Source of the DNA: an uncultured Bacilli bacterium
GTDB taxonomy: Bacteria > Bacillota_I > Bacilli_A > RF39 > UBA660
DNA length: 64,000 bases
Assembly: GCA_934167695.1 (NCBI GenBank)
Contig: CAKPLP010000007.1
Location: 658-64,657, forward strand
Direction: 5' to 3'
A program made the translations under genes and the position numbers. Shown one piece after another: positions 9,771-18,670 of this stretch (its first letter is position 1; each line of letters starts with the position of its first letter). Below the pieces are notes generated by a model. That model was not told the origin of the DNA and made no database searches. It saw only the letters and a program-made list of their open reading frames with translations.

Positions 9771-11612
9771 ATGAAAAAAAGATTATATTTAATCATTATA
9801 TCTGCAATATTATATATCATTGCACTAACTTTAAAGTTTGAAAATAAGTGGATTACTAATTCAATATTTATAATCAGTTATATTATCGTTGGTCATAAAA
9901 TAGTAAAAAAAGCATTAAAAAATATTTTTAGAGGAAAGGTGTTCGATGAAAACTTTCTAATGTCTCTAGCAACAATAGGGGCCTTTGCGATTGGAGAATT
10001 TCCAGAAGCTGTAGCAGTAATGTTGTTTTACCAACTTGGTGAACTATTCCAAGACTTTTCAGTAGATAAATCAAAAAAATCTATTAAAGCATTAATGAAT
10101 ATCAGACCAGATTACGCCAATGTAAATAGAGATTCTAATATTATAAAAGTAAAACCAGAAGATGTAAAAATTGGGGAAATAATTACCATTAAACCGGGGG
10201 AAAGAGTTCCACTAGATGGTATTGTAATAGAAGGAACAACAATGTTAGATACATCAGCAATAACAGGAGAATCTGTACCGAGAAAAATAAATTTAAATGA
10301 TAAAATTCAAAGTGGTTGTATCAATAAAAATGGAGTTATAAAAGTAAAAGTCACAAAAATATTTGGTCAATCAACAGTAAGTAAAATTTTAGACTTAGTT
10401 GAAAATGCAAGTAGCAAAAAATCTAAATCAGAAAAATTTATTACCAAATTTGCTAAATACTATACACCAACAGTAGTAATAATCGCCTTACTATTAGCAA
10501 TTTTTCCACCAATAATATTGAAAGAGCCATTTACAACTTGGCTTTATAGAGCATTATCATTCTTAGTTGTATCATGTCCATGTGCTCTAGTAATTTCTAT
10601 TCCATTAGGTTTTTTCGGGGGAATCGGAGCAGCATCTCAAATAGGAGTGTTAATTAAAGGAAGTAATTATTTAGAAGCACTATCAAATATAAATACCATA
10701 ATATTTGATAAAACAGGAACTTTAACAGAAGGAGTATTTGAAGTTATAGATATTTCACCAATTAATATTACAAAGGAACAATTAATAGATTTAGTTTCTC
10801 TAGCAGAGTACTATTCAAATCATCCTGTCGCTGAATCAATAAAAAGAATAAGTAATAAAGAAGTTGATAAAAATAGAATAGGAAGCATAAAAGAAATAGA
10901 AGGTCAAGGAATAAAAGCAATAATTGATAACCAAGAACTTCTTGTTGGAAATGATAAATTAATGCTAGAAAATAAAATAAAATATAAAAAATGTAAAAAA
11001 GTAGGAACACTACTATACGTTTCACTAGATAAAAAATACGTCGGTTATATTTTAATATCTGATAAAATAAAAAAAGATTCACCATCAGCTATTGAATCAT
11101 TAAGAAAACTAGATATAAGAAACATTATAATGTTAACAGGAGATAAAAAAGAAGTTGGTGAATACGTAGGAAATCAGTTAGGAATAGATGAAGTACACAC
11201 AGAATTAGTACCAGATGGTAAAGTAAAAGAAATGGAAAAAATAATGGCCCAAAAAGAAAAAAATACCAAAGTAGCTTTCGTAGGTGACGGAATAAATGAT
11301 GCTCCAGCACTTGCATTATCTGATATTGGTATTGCAATGGGTGGTTTAGGTAGTGATGCGGCAATCGAGGCTGCAGATATAGTAATAATGACTGATGAAC
11401 CTTCAAAAATTGCTAAATCAATTAACATTTCAAAAAAAACAATGAAGATTGTTAAAGAAAATATTATTTTTGCAATCTTTGTTAAAATAGTAGTCTTACT
11501 ATTAAGCGCCCTAGGAGTTGCTACAATGTGGGAAGCAGTCTTTGCAGATGTAGGAGTTTCCATTCTAGCAATATTAAACTCATTAAGAATGCTAATTATA
11601 AAAAAAGATTAA
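9771..11612 (+). CDS. P1B-type heavy-metal translocating ATPase (Cd/Zn/Co class likely)
   Basis: TGES, CPC in a TM helix, DKTGTLT and GDGINDAPAL. It lacks its own N-terminal HMA domain, which is encoded separately upstream. Confidence 0.9.
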   Translation: MKKRLYLIIISAILYIIALTLKFENKWITNSIFIISYIIVGHKIVKKALKNIFRGKVFDENFLMSLATIGAFAIGEFPEAVAVMLFYQLGELFQDFSVDKSKKSIKALMNIRPDYANVNRDSNIIKVKPEDVKIGEIITIKPGERVPLDGIVIEGTTMLDTSAITGESVPRKINLNDKIQSGCINKNGVIKVKVTKIFGQSTVSKILDLVENASSKKSKSEKFITKFAKYYTPTVVIIALLLAIFPPIILKEPFTTWLYRALSFLVVSCPCALVISIPLGFFGGIGAASQIGVLIKGSNYLEALSNINTIIFDKTGTLTEGVFEVIDISPINITKEQLIDLVSLAEYYSNHPVAESIKRISNKEVDKNRIGSIKEIEGQGIKAIIDNQELLVGNDKLMLENKIKYKKCKKVGTLLYVSLDKKYVGYILISDKIKKDSPSAIESLRKLDIRNIIMLTGDKKEVGEYVGNQLGIDEVHTELVPDGKVKEMEKIMAQKEKNTKVAFVGDGINDAPALALSDIGIAMGGLGSDAAIEAADIVIMTDEPSKIAKSINISKKTMKIVKENIIFAIFVKIVVLLLSALGVATMWEAVFADVGVSILAILNSLRMLIIKKD

Positions 11613-11620
11613 TTACAAAG

Positions 11621-11653
11621 TTTCGTTTTAAATAAAATAAAACGAAATTTTTT
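11621..11653 (+). terminator. Rho-independent terminator
   Basis: TTTCGTTTTA-aataaaa-TAAAACGAAA plus TTTTTT. Confidence 0.65.
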
Positions 11654-11706
11654 ATTTAAAAGAATAAAATATAATAGTATAATTTATATAAGAAAGTGAG
11701 TAAATA

Positions 11707-12333
11707 ATGAAAATAAATAGTCCAAAAACTTCTAAATGTTTAAAAAAATCCTTCTATGATTGTTATTATAAAGAGGAATTTGAAAATGCTATATTTGAAG
11801 ATGAAATAATAAAAAATGAATTAAAATTAGAAAATATAACAATCGATTCATGTATTTTTAAAAATATCAGTTTTGAAAATATTGCTATGTCTGATGTAGA
11901 TTTAATAGATGTAGTATTTGAAAACTGTGATCTATCAAATAAATGTTTTGATAGAAAACTACTTAGTAGAGTACAATTTAAAAACTGTAAATTAATGGGT
12001 ATGAGTTTTATAGACTCTTCAATAAAGGATGTTTCATTTTTAGAATGCAATGCAACATACTTAAATTTTTCATCATCAAAAATAAATAATTTTAGTATTA
12101 TAAACAGTGATCTTTCAGAAAGTTCATTTTTACTTACTAAAATAAAAAATATATTCTTTAATAATACTAAACTATCAAAAACAGATTTTTTTAATACTAA
12201 CTTAAATAATGTTGATTTTTCAACATCAGATATTGCAGAAACAATATTTGATGTAAACTCATTAAAAGGAATTATTATAGATCAATTTCAAAGTCCATTT
12301 CTAATTGGAATGTTAGGAGTAAAAATAAAATGA
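11707..12333 (+). CDS. Pentapeptide-repeat protein
   Basis: Runs of A(D/N)LxX-type pentapeptides (DLSNKCFDRKLLSRVQFKNCKLMGMSF...). Confidence 0.75.
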   Translation: MKINSPKTSKCLKKSFYDCYYKEEFENAIFEDEIIKNELKLENITIDSCIFKNISFENIAMSDVDLIDVVFENCDLSNKCFDRKLLSRVQFKNCKLMGMSFIDSSIKDVSFLECNATYLNFSSSKINNFSIINSDLSESSFLLTKIKNIFFNNTKLSKTDFFNTNLNNVDFSTSDIAETIFDVNSLKGIIIDQFQSPFLIGMLGVKIK

Positions 12334-12346
12334 AAGGACAGATAAA

Positions 12347-13006
12347 ATGATAGATAAAATTAAACAAATCTTAAAGAAGTATGGTGCATGGATCATTGTA
12401 TTTATATCTATTTTAATTGTTTTAAAAATAGCACGAGAAATTTTTGAAGATGAAATAATGTATATAGATACATGGTTTTATGAAACATTTATTCAAACTA
12501 TAAGGAATAATACTTTAACTAAAATAATGAAATTAATAACATCTTTTGGAAATAGTACAATGATAATTTTATTAACCTTTTTTTCATTTTTTATATGTTC
12601 CAATAAAAGAAAATCAATTTGTATAGGTTTAAATGCCTTCATAACAACCATTATAAATCTTACTTTAAAAAATATAGTCCAAAGAAAAAGACCATCAGAA
12701 ATATTTTTGATTATTGAAAGCGGATTTAGCTTTCCATCAGGACATGCAATGATATCTATGGCGTTTTACGGATTTATCATTTATTTAATAAGTCAAAAAG
12801 TAAAAGATAAAACTAAAAGAAATATCATAATAATTCCATTAGTAATATTAATTTTGTTGATTGGTTTTAGTAGAATATATTTAGGAGTTCACTATTTTTC
12901 AGATGTAGTAGCAGGATTTCTAACATCACTTGCATATCTTATAATCTTTATTAAAGTATCAAAAAAATATATACAGGGAGGTATCAAAAAAAATGAAAAA
13001 AAGTAA
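12347..13006 (+). CDS. PAP2-family lipid phosphatase (undecaprenyl-diphosphatase-like)
   Basis: KNIVQRKRP, PSGH and SRIYLGVHYFSDV tripartite PAP2 motif. Multiple TM segments. Confidence 0.8.
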   Translation: MIDKIKQILKKYGAWIIVFISILIVLKIAREIFEDEIMYIDTWFYETFIQTIRNNTLTKIMKLITSFGNSTMIILLTFFSFFICSNKRKSICIGLNAFITTIINLTLKNIVQRKRPSEIFLIIESGFSFPSGHAMISMAFYGFIIYLISQKVKDKTKRNIIIIPLVILILLIGFSRIYLGVHYFSDVVAGFLTSLAYLIIFIKVSKKYIQGGIKKNEKK

Positions 13007-13358
13007 TCTTATAAGTAGTTTTAAATATGCCTTTATTGGTATTTTTTCTACTATTAAATTAGAAAGAAATATGAAAATACATCTACTAATCACATCATTA
13101 GTAATTATATTTGGAGTCATATTGAAAATAAGTATAACAGAGTGGTTTGTCTGCTTAATACTAATAGGATTAGTAACCTCAGCAGAATGTATAAATACAT
13201 CAATCGAAAGAACGGTAGATATTATAAGCCCAACTAGAAGTGAAAATGCTAAAATAGCAAAAGATACAGCAGCAGGAGCTGTATTAATATTAGCAATTAT
13301 TTCATTCATAATCGGAATTATTATATTTTTACCAAAGATATTTATTCTTCTAAAATAA
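12993..13358 (+). CDS. dgkA: Diacylglycerol/undecaprenol kinase, DgkA family
   Basis: 121-aa 3-TM protein with ...SAECINTSIERTVD... and AKDTAAGAVL motifs. 14-nt overlap with the PAP2 gene. Confidence 0.8.
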   Translation: MKKSNLISSFKYAFIGIFSTIKLERNMKIHLLITSLVIIFGVILKISITEWFVCLILIGLVTSAECINTSIERTVDIISPTRSENAKIAKDTAAGAVLILAIISFIIGIIIFLPKIFILLK

Positions 13359-13406
13359 AAGTATGTTATAATGAAAATAAATAAGCCATATCAGGAGGAT
13401 TTTATT

Positions 13407-15407
13407 ATGGACAATGAATTAAAATATTTACATGAAGAAAGACCTTGGATGAAATATTATGATACTAAATTAATAAATTCAATAACATCACCATCATCAA
13501 ACTTGGTAGAATATTTAAAGGAAAAAAATAAAGACAGAGATAAGTATATCGCAGAAACATATTATGGAAAACAAACAACATATCAAGATTTTTTTGATAA
13601 AAAAGTAGATGGCGCATCAAAAGCTTTAAGTCAATTAGGAATAAAATGTAAAGATAGAATATTATATTTACTTCCTAATATTCCAGAAAGTGGACACTTA
13701 TACTTAGGAGCAACACAACTAGGAGCTGTATCAGACTTTTACGATCCAAGACCAGATAGTACTGATCTAAAGGCCAATGCTAAAAAAATGTTAGAAACAA
13801 TTATAGAAGAAAAAGTTCAATATATAGTAGCTTTAGACATTTGCTATTTAGCTATGTTAAAACCAATAGAAAAAGAATTAAAAGACCTAGGAATTAAACA
13901 AATTGTTACTGTATCAGCAACTGATTCAATGAATTTGAGTGGTAAAATATCTTATATTAAAGAAGTAATTGATTATAATAAATTAAAGAATTTAAAAACA
14001 GATCAAGCCATCAAAAAACTAAAATCATATCAAGCAGTTTTAAAAAAAGTAAATCAAATGAAAACTGAAAATGAATTATTTAAAGAAGCTGTAAAAACTT
14101 CAGAACTAGAAATAATTCCATATAGCGATTTATTTAAACAGTCTGTAAATACTTCATTTATAAAAGTAAATGATGGTGATTTATTAAACTATATAGGACA
14201 CACATCAGGAACTAGTGGCAATAGACCAAAACCAATTCCACTTACAAACAACAATCAAATTTCAGGAACTGATCAATTATTTATGGCAGGAGCAAACTTT
14301 AAAGAAAAAGACAAGATTTTACATGAACTACCGTTCTTTTCACCATTAGGAACAGATAATAATTACATTTTAAATTTAGCAAGTGGTTCAAATAATATTC
14401 ATATCCCTGAATTTGATATAAGTGAGTTCGGTTACTTAATTTTAAAACATCATCCAAACGTTATTTTAGGTACACCAGCATGGATCTCAGCTTTACCTCA
14501 ATGTAGTTATTTAGATAAAGTAGATTTATCATGTATTAATAGAATAATATATGGTGGTGGTTCAATGCTAGCAAAGGACCAAGAAAAAGTTGATAAATGG
14601 TTAAAAGAGCATGGCAGCAAAGCAGAAGTTGAATCAGGTCATGGAATGAGCGAATATTGTGGATGTGGTTCATATGCTCAAAAAGAATGGAATATTAAAG
14701 ATTCAATAGGAATTCCACTACCAGATACAATATATACCTTAGTGGATCCAGAAATAAAAGACAAATTAGTACCAATAGGTTTTAAACCAACTGATGAAAA
14801 AATAAAAGGTGAAATAGCAGTTTCTTCCAAAGCTGTTACAGAAGGTAAACTAGATGATAGAATAATTACTCCTCATCAACAACTAGATGGAAAAAGTTAT
14901 ATACGTACAGGAGATATTGCCCAAGCAGATAGGAATGGTGTTTTCTATTACCAATCAAGAAAAGACAGATCGTTTACTAGATTTGATGGATATAAATACA
15001 AATCATTTGAAGGAGAAAGAATAATTAAACAAAATGCTAACGTAAAAGATTGTATTATTGTTCCATACTTTGATGAGGCAAAAAGAGGAAATATGCCTTT
15101 AGCAAACATTATACTTAATAATGAAAATCAAACAGAAGAAGAAAAAAAATCAATTATAGAAGAAATTATTTATACTGAATTCATAAATAATAAAGAAACA
15201 ACATCAAGACAAATACCTTCAAGAATTAAACTAAGAAGTAGTATGCCCCTTACTAAGAATAGTAAAGTAAGTTACAAAGATCTTGAAAAAGAAGGGCTAA
15301 CAGGTGAAGAATATATTATTGATATAGAAGAAACAAATTTATCCGTAGGAGAAATAAAAATATATTCCCCAAATGAAGTAAAAGGAAAAATAAAAGTAAA
15401 AAAATAA
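13407..15407 (+). CDS. AMP-dependent synthetase/ligase (acyl-CoA synthetase-like)
   Basis: HTSGTSGNRPKP AMP-binding motif, and YIRTGD...D later. ATG 13407 preferred (SD aggagga). Confidence 0.8.
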   Translation: MDNELKYLHEERPWMKYYDTKLINSITSPSSNLVEYLKEKNKDRDKYIAETYYGKQTTYQDFFDKKVDGASKALSQLGIKCKDRILYLLPNIPESGHLYLGATQLGAVSDFYDPRPDSTDLKANAKKMLETIIEEKVQYIVALDICYLAMLKPIEKELKDLGIKQIVTVSATDSMNLSGKISYIKEVIDYNKLKNLKTDQAIKKLKSYQAVLKKVNQMKTENELFKEAVKTSELEIIPYSDLFKQSVNTSFIKVNDGDLLNYIGHTSGTSGNRPKPIPLTNNNQISGTDQLFMAGANFKEKDKILHELPFFSPLGTDNNYILNLASGSNNIHIPEFDISEFGYLILKHHPNVILGTPAWISALPQCSYLDKVDLSCINRIIYGGGSMLAKDQEKVDKWLKEHGSKAEVESGHGMSEYCGCGSYAQKEWNIKDSIGIPLPDTIYTLVDPEIKDKLVPIGFKPTDEKIKGEIAVSSKAVTEGKLDDRIITPHQQLDGKSYIRTGDIAQADRNGVFYYQSRKDRSFTRFDGYKYKSFEGERIIKQNANVKDCIIVPYFDEAKRGNMPLANIILNNENQTEEEKKSIIEEIIYTEFINNKETTSRQIPSRIKLRSSMPLTKNSKVSYKDLEKEGLTGEEYIIDIEETNLSVGEIKIYSPNEVKGKIKVKK

Positions 15408-15425
15408 AAAGTGGAGTGTGGTAGT

Positions 15426-17267
15426 ATGCAAAATGGTCAAGGATTGTTAATACTAAATATTTATGCATTATTAATAATACTAGTAACTAGCATTGTATTC
15501 TTTAAAAAAGAACGTTTAAATCAAATAGAAGATAAAACATATTCAAAATTCTTAATCATAAATATATTGGTTAGTATTAGTGGTCTAATATTAGGAATAA
15601 TAGTAGAATCTCCGGCAAATACTAATGAACTATTAATTACGTTCTTCAACAAGATATATTTAATTTGCCTATTATTATGGATAACAATATTAACATACTA
15701 TACAATGTATATTGCCTTTTATGCGAATAATAAAAAAGTTACCAAATTAACAAAAGTATATAGTGTATTAACACTTATAAATATTATTATGATTTGTATT
15801 CTACCAATAAAAATAACAATAAAAGAAAATGTTATAGCAAGCGGTCTGGCAATTTATTATACATATTCCATATTTGCAATAGGTTTTGTAGTTCAATTAA
15901 TTTGTATATTAATAGATTATAAAAATATGAAAAGTAAAAAGTATATTCCATTTTATTCATTGATATTTTTGGGAGTTGTAACCTTAACAATTCAAGTGTT
16001 TTTTCCAAACTTAAATTATATAATTAATCCAGCCCTAATTTTAATTGCATTTATCATGTATCATACTATCGAAAATCCAGATGTAAAAATGATTAATGAG
16101 TTAAATATTGCAAAATTAGAAGCCGAAAGAGCAAGTAGTGCAAAAACAGAGTTCCTTGCTAATATGTCCCATGAGATAAGAACACCATTAAATGCAATAA
16201 CTGGTTTTAGCCAAGCTTTAGCTGAAGAAGAAGGCATGCCAGAAAGTGCTAAAGAAGATATAAATGATATTATTTTGGCATCAAATAGTTTATTAGAAAT
16301 AGTAAATGGAGTGTTAGATATTTCTAAAATAGAAGCAAACAAAATAGAGATTGTTAATAAAAAATATAGACCTATAGAAATATTTAAAGAATTAGAAAGC
16401 TTAACAAAAGTTAGAATAGGACAAAAACCAATAGAGTTAAGAACCTCCTTTGATGCTACAATTCCAGATCAATTATATGGAGACCACACCAGAATAAAAC
16501 AAATAATTTTAAATTTACTTACAAATGCAGCCAAATATACAGAAAAGGGATATATAGACTTTAAAGTAAGTTCAGTTATAAAAGAAGATGTTTGTCGTCT
16601 GATAATTTCGGTAGAAGATACAGGAAAAGGAATTAAAAATGACCAAATAGATAGATTATTTACAAAATTTGATAGACTTGATGAGGAAGAAAATATTACA
16701 ATCGAAGGAACAGGATTAGGACTTGCAATTACAAAAAAATTACTAGAATTAATGAATGGAAAAATAGTAGTTCAAAGTATATATGGACAAGGTTCGAAAT
16801 TTACTGCATATATAGATCAAAAAATTGTAAAACAAGAAAAAGAAAATAAAGTAGTAACAGAACCTGAAATATTAATGGATGAAGAAGATAATGATTATCG
16901 AAATAAGAATGTATTGGTAGTAGATGATAATAAACTAAATCTAAAAGTAACTGAGAAATTATTAAAAAAATATAATATTAATGTAACTTTATTGCAATCT
17001 GGTTTTGATACTATAGAAAAAATAAATTCTGGAACAACTTATGATCTTATTTTAATGGATGATATGATGCCTCAAATGAGTGGAAAAGAAACATTAATAA
17101 AACTAAGAGAAAATAAAAGTTTTAATATTCCTACAATAGCATTAACTGCAAATGCTTTAACAGGAATGAGGGAAGAATATTTAAAAATAGGATTTAATGA
17201 TTATCTGGCAAAGCCAATAGAAAAAATAGAATTAGAAAGAGTATTAAAAAAGTTTTTAAGTAAATAA
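15426..17267 (+). CDS. Hybrid sensor histidine kinase/response regulator
   Basis: ~7 TM segments, H-box SHEIRTPLNAI, G-box GTGLGLAI, and a C-terminal receiver (VLVVDDN...LILMDDMMP...KP). Confidence 0.85.
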   Translation: MQNGQGLLILNIYALLIILVTSIVFFKKERLNQIEDKTYSKFLIINILVSISGLILGIIVESPANTNELLITFFNKIYLICLLLWITILTYYTMYIAFYANNKKVTKLTKVYSVLTLINIIMICILPIKITIKENVIASGLAIYYTYSIFAIGFVVQLICILIDYKNMKSKKYIPFYSLIFLGVVTLTIQVFFPNLNYIINPALILIAFIMYHTIENPDVKMINELNIAKLEAERASSAKTEFLANMSHEIRTPLNAITGFSQALAEEEGMPESAKEDINDIILASNSLLEIVNGVLDISKIEANKIEIVNKKYRPIEIFKELESLTKVRIGQKPIELRTSFDATIPDQLYGDHTRIKQIILNLLTNAAKYTEKGYIDFKVSSVIKEDVCRLIISVEDTGKGIKNDQIDRLFTKFDRLDEEENITIEGTGLGLAITKKLLELMNGKIVVQSIYGQGSKFTAYIDQKIVKQEKENKVVTEPEILMDEEDNDYRNKNVLVVDDNKLNLKVTEKLLKKYNINVTLLQSGFDTIEKINSGTTYDLILMDDMMPQMSGKETLIKLRENKSFNIPTIALTANALTGMREEYLKIGFNDYLAKPIEKIELERVLKKFLSK

Positions 17268-18043
17268 TGGAGGAAGAAATGAAAGATAAAAATTTTTTAA
17301 TTCAAAATGGAGTAAATGTAGAAAAAAGCTTAGAGTTATTTGGAGATATGGAAACATATAATGATACATTAAAGGAGTTTATAAAAGAAATAACTGACAA
17401 AGAAACAAAATTACAACAATATAAAGAAGTATCAGATATGGCTAATTATGCAATATACGCTCATTCTATAAAAAGTGATGCTAAATATTTTGGATTTGAT
17501 AAATTAGCCGAACTAGCATTAAATCATGAAATGGCAGGTAAACAAAACAACATGTACTATGTTTCAGAACATTATGACGAATTTATGAATGAATTAAAAA
17601 AAGTCGAAAATATAGTTAGAGAATATATGGGAATGGCTGTAGAAGAAAATAATTTAGTATCTAACCAATTAAAAGATAAAACAATATTAGTAGTAGATGA
17701 TTCAGCAGTAATCAAAAAATTTATCCAATCAATATTTAATAATAAATATAATGTAGTAGAAGCAACCGATGGAAATCAAGCAATAAAAATTATAAATAGT
17801 AATCAATATAACATATCATCAATGTTATTAGATTTAAATATGCCTAATGTAAATGGTTTTCAAGTATTAGAGTATTTTAAACAAAATAATTTATTCAATA
17901 AAATAAATATTACCATAATTACAGGTATAGGATCAGATGATATAATTTCTAAAGCAAAAACTTATCCTATAAATGGAATAATATTAAAACCATTTAATGA
18001 AAGAGATATCAAAAACGCAGTAGAAAAAGATGAACTTATATAA
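17267..18043 (+). CDS. Hpt domain plus receiver domain phosphorelay protein
   Basis: Hpt motif YAHSIKSDAKYFG, then a receiver ILVVDDS...MLLDLNMP...KP. TAATG stop/start overlap with the kinase gene (alternative ATG at 17279). Confidence 0.8.
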   Translation: MEEEMKDKNFLIQNGVNVEKSLELFGDMETYNDTLKEFIKEITDKETKLQQYKEVSDMANYAIYAHSIKSDAKYFGFDKLAELALNHEMAGKQNNMYYVSEHYDEFMNELKKVENIVREYMGMAVEENNLVSNQLKDKTILVVDDSAVIKKFIQSIFNNKYNVVEATDGNQAIKIINSNQYNISSMLLDLNMPNVNGFQVLEYFKQNNLFNKINITIITGIGSDDIISKAKTYPINGIILKPFNERDIKNAVEKDELI

Positions 18044-18053
18044 GTTAAAATTC

Positions 18054-18078
18054 AAGTCATATTATAATGACTTTTTTT
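18054..18078 (+). terminator. Rho-independent terminator
   Basis: AAGTCAT-attata-ATGACTT plus a T run. Confidence 0.55.
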
Positions 18079-18181
18079 ACTAAATTTAATCCTAAATAAA
18101 AAGAAATTTTATAAAAAGGATTGCAATAAATCCTAAAATAATTTATTATATATTTATAAGGATAAAGGATAGGTAATAAAA

Positions 18182-18616
18182 ATGAGTAAAGAAAAAATAA
18201 AGAAGGCATTAGCTAATAAAAAAGTAATAGTTGGTATCATAATTATTGTAGCACTTATTGCTGCTTTACTTGTTCATAATATTTTAACAGGTAAAAACAA
18301 TAATAAAAAAACACCAGCTAATATAGCAGAATTAACAAAGGAAAAAGTATACAGAAATTTAAAATTTTCAGATATAGAAGTAATATCCACTGATGATTTA
18401 AATCATATAGCACTAAATATTACTAATACTTCTAATGAACCGTTTAAGCAAGAATTTGTAAAAATAACATTTAAAAATAAAAACGGTGAGAAAATCGATA
18501 CTGTAGAAGCCATTATACCAGATATAGATGGTAATGCTACATCTAGGTTAGATATGGTTGTAGAAGAAAAAGTTTTAGCTGCTTATACTTTTACAGTAAA
18601 AAAAATAAAGCAATAA
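18182..18616 (+). CDS. Membrane-anchored small extracellular protein (hypothetical)
   Basis: One N-terminal TM (VIVGIIIIVALIAALLV) followed by a ~100-aa beta-rich domain. Confidence 0.55.
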   Translation: MSKEKIKKALANKKVIVGIIIIVALIAALLVHNILTGKNNNKKTPANIAELTKEKVYRNLKFSDIEVISTDDLNHIALNITNTSNEPFKQEFVKITFKNKNGEKIDTVEAIIPDIDGNATSRLDMVVEEKVLAAYTFTVKKIKQ

Positions 18617-18670
18617 AAATGTGATTTTTAATCACGTTTTAATATTTATACAAAGAAGGAGTGTATTTTG

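Noticed and set aside
10768-11563. Three minus-strand ORFs (93-129 aa) within the P-type ATPase gene
   Set aside because: They are antisense to a gene with unambiguous motifs. They are low-complexity and have no SD.
12959-13309. 116-aa minus-strand ORF overlapping dgkA
   Set aside because: It is antisense to a DgkA gene with recognisable motifs. Its hydrophobic product mirrors the TM-coding sequence.
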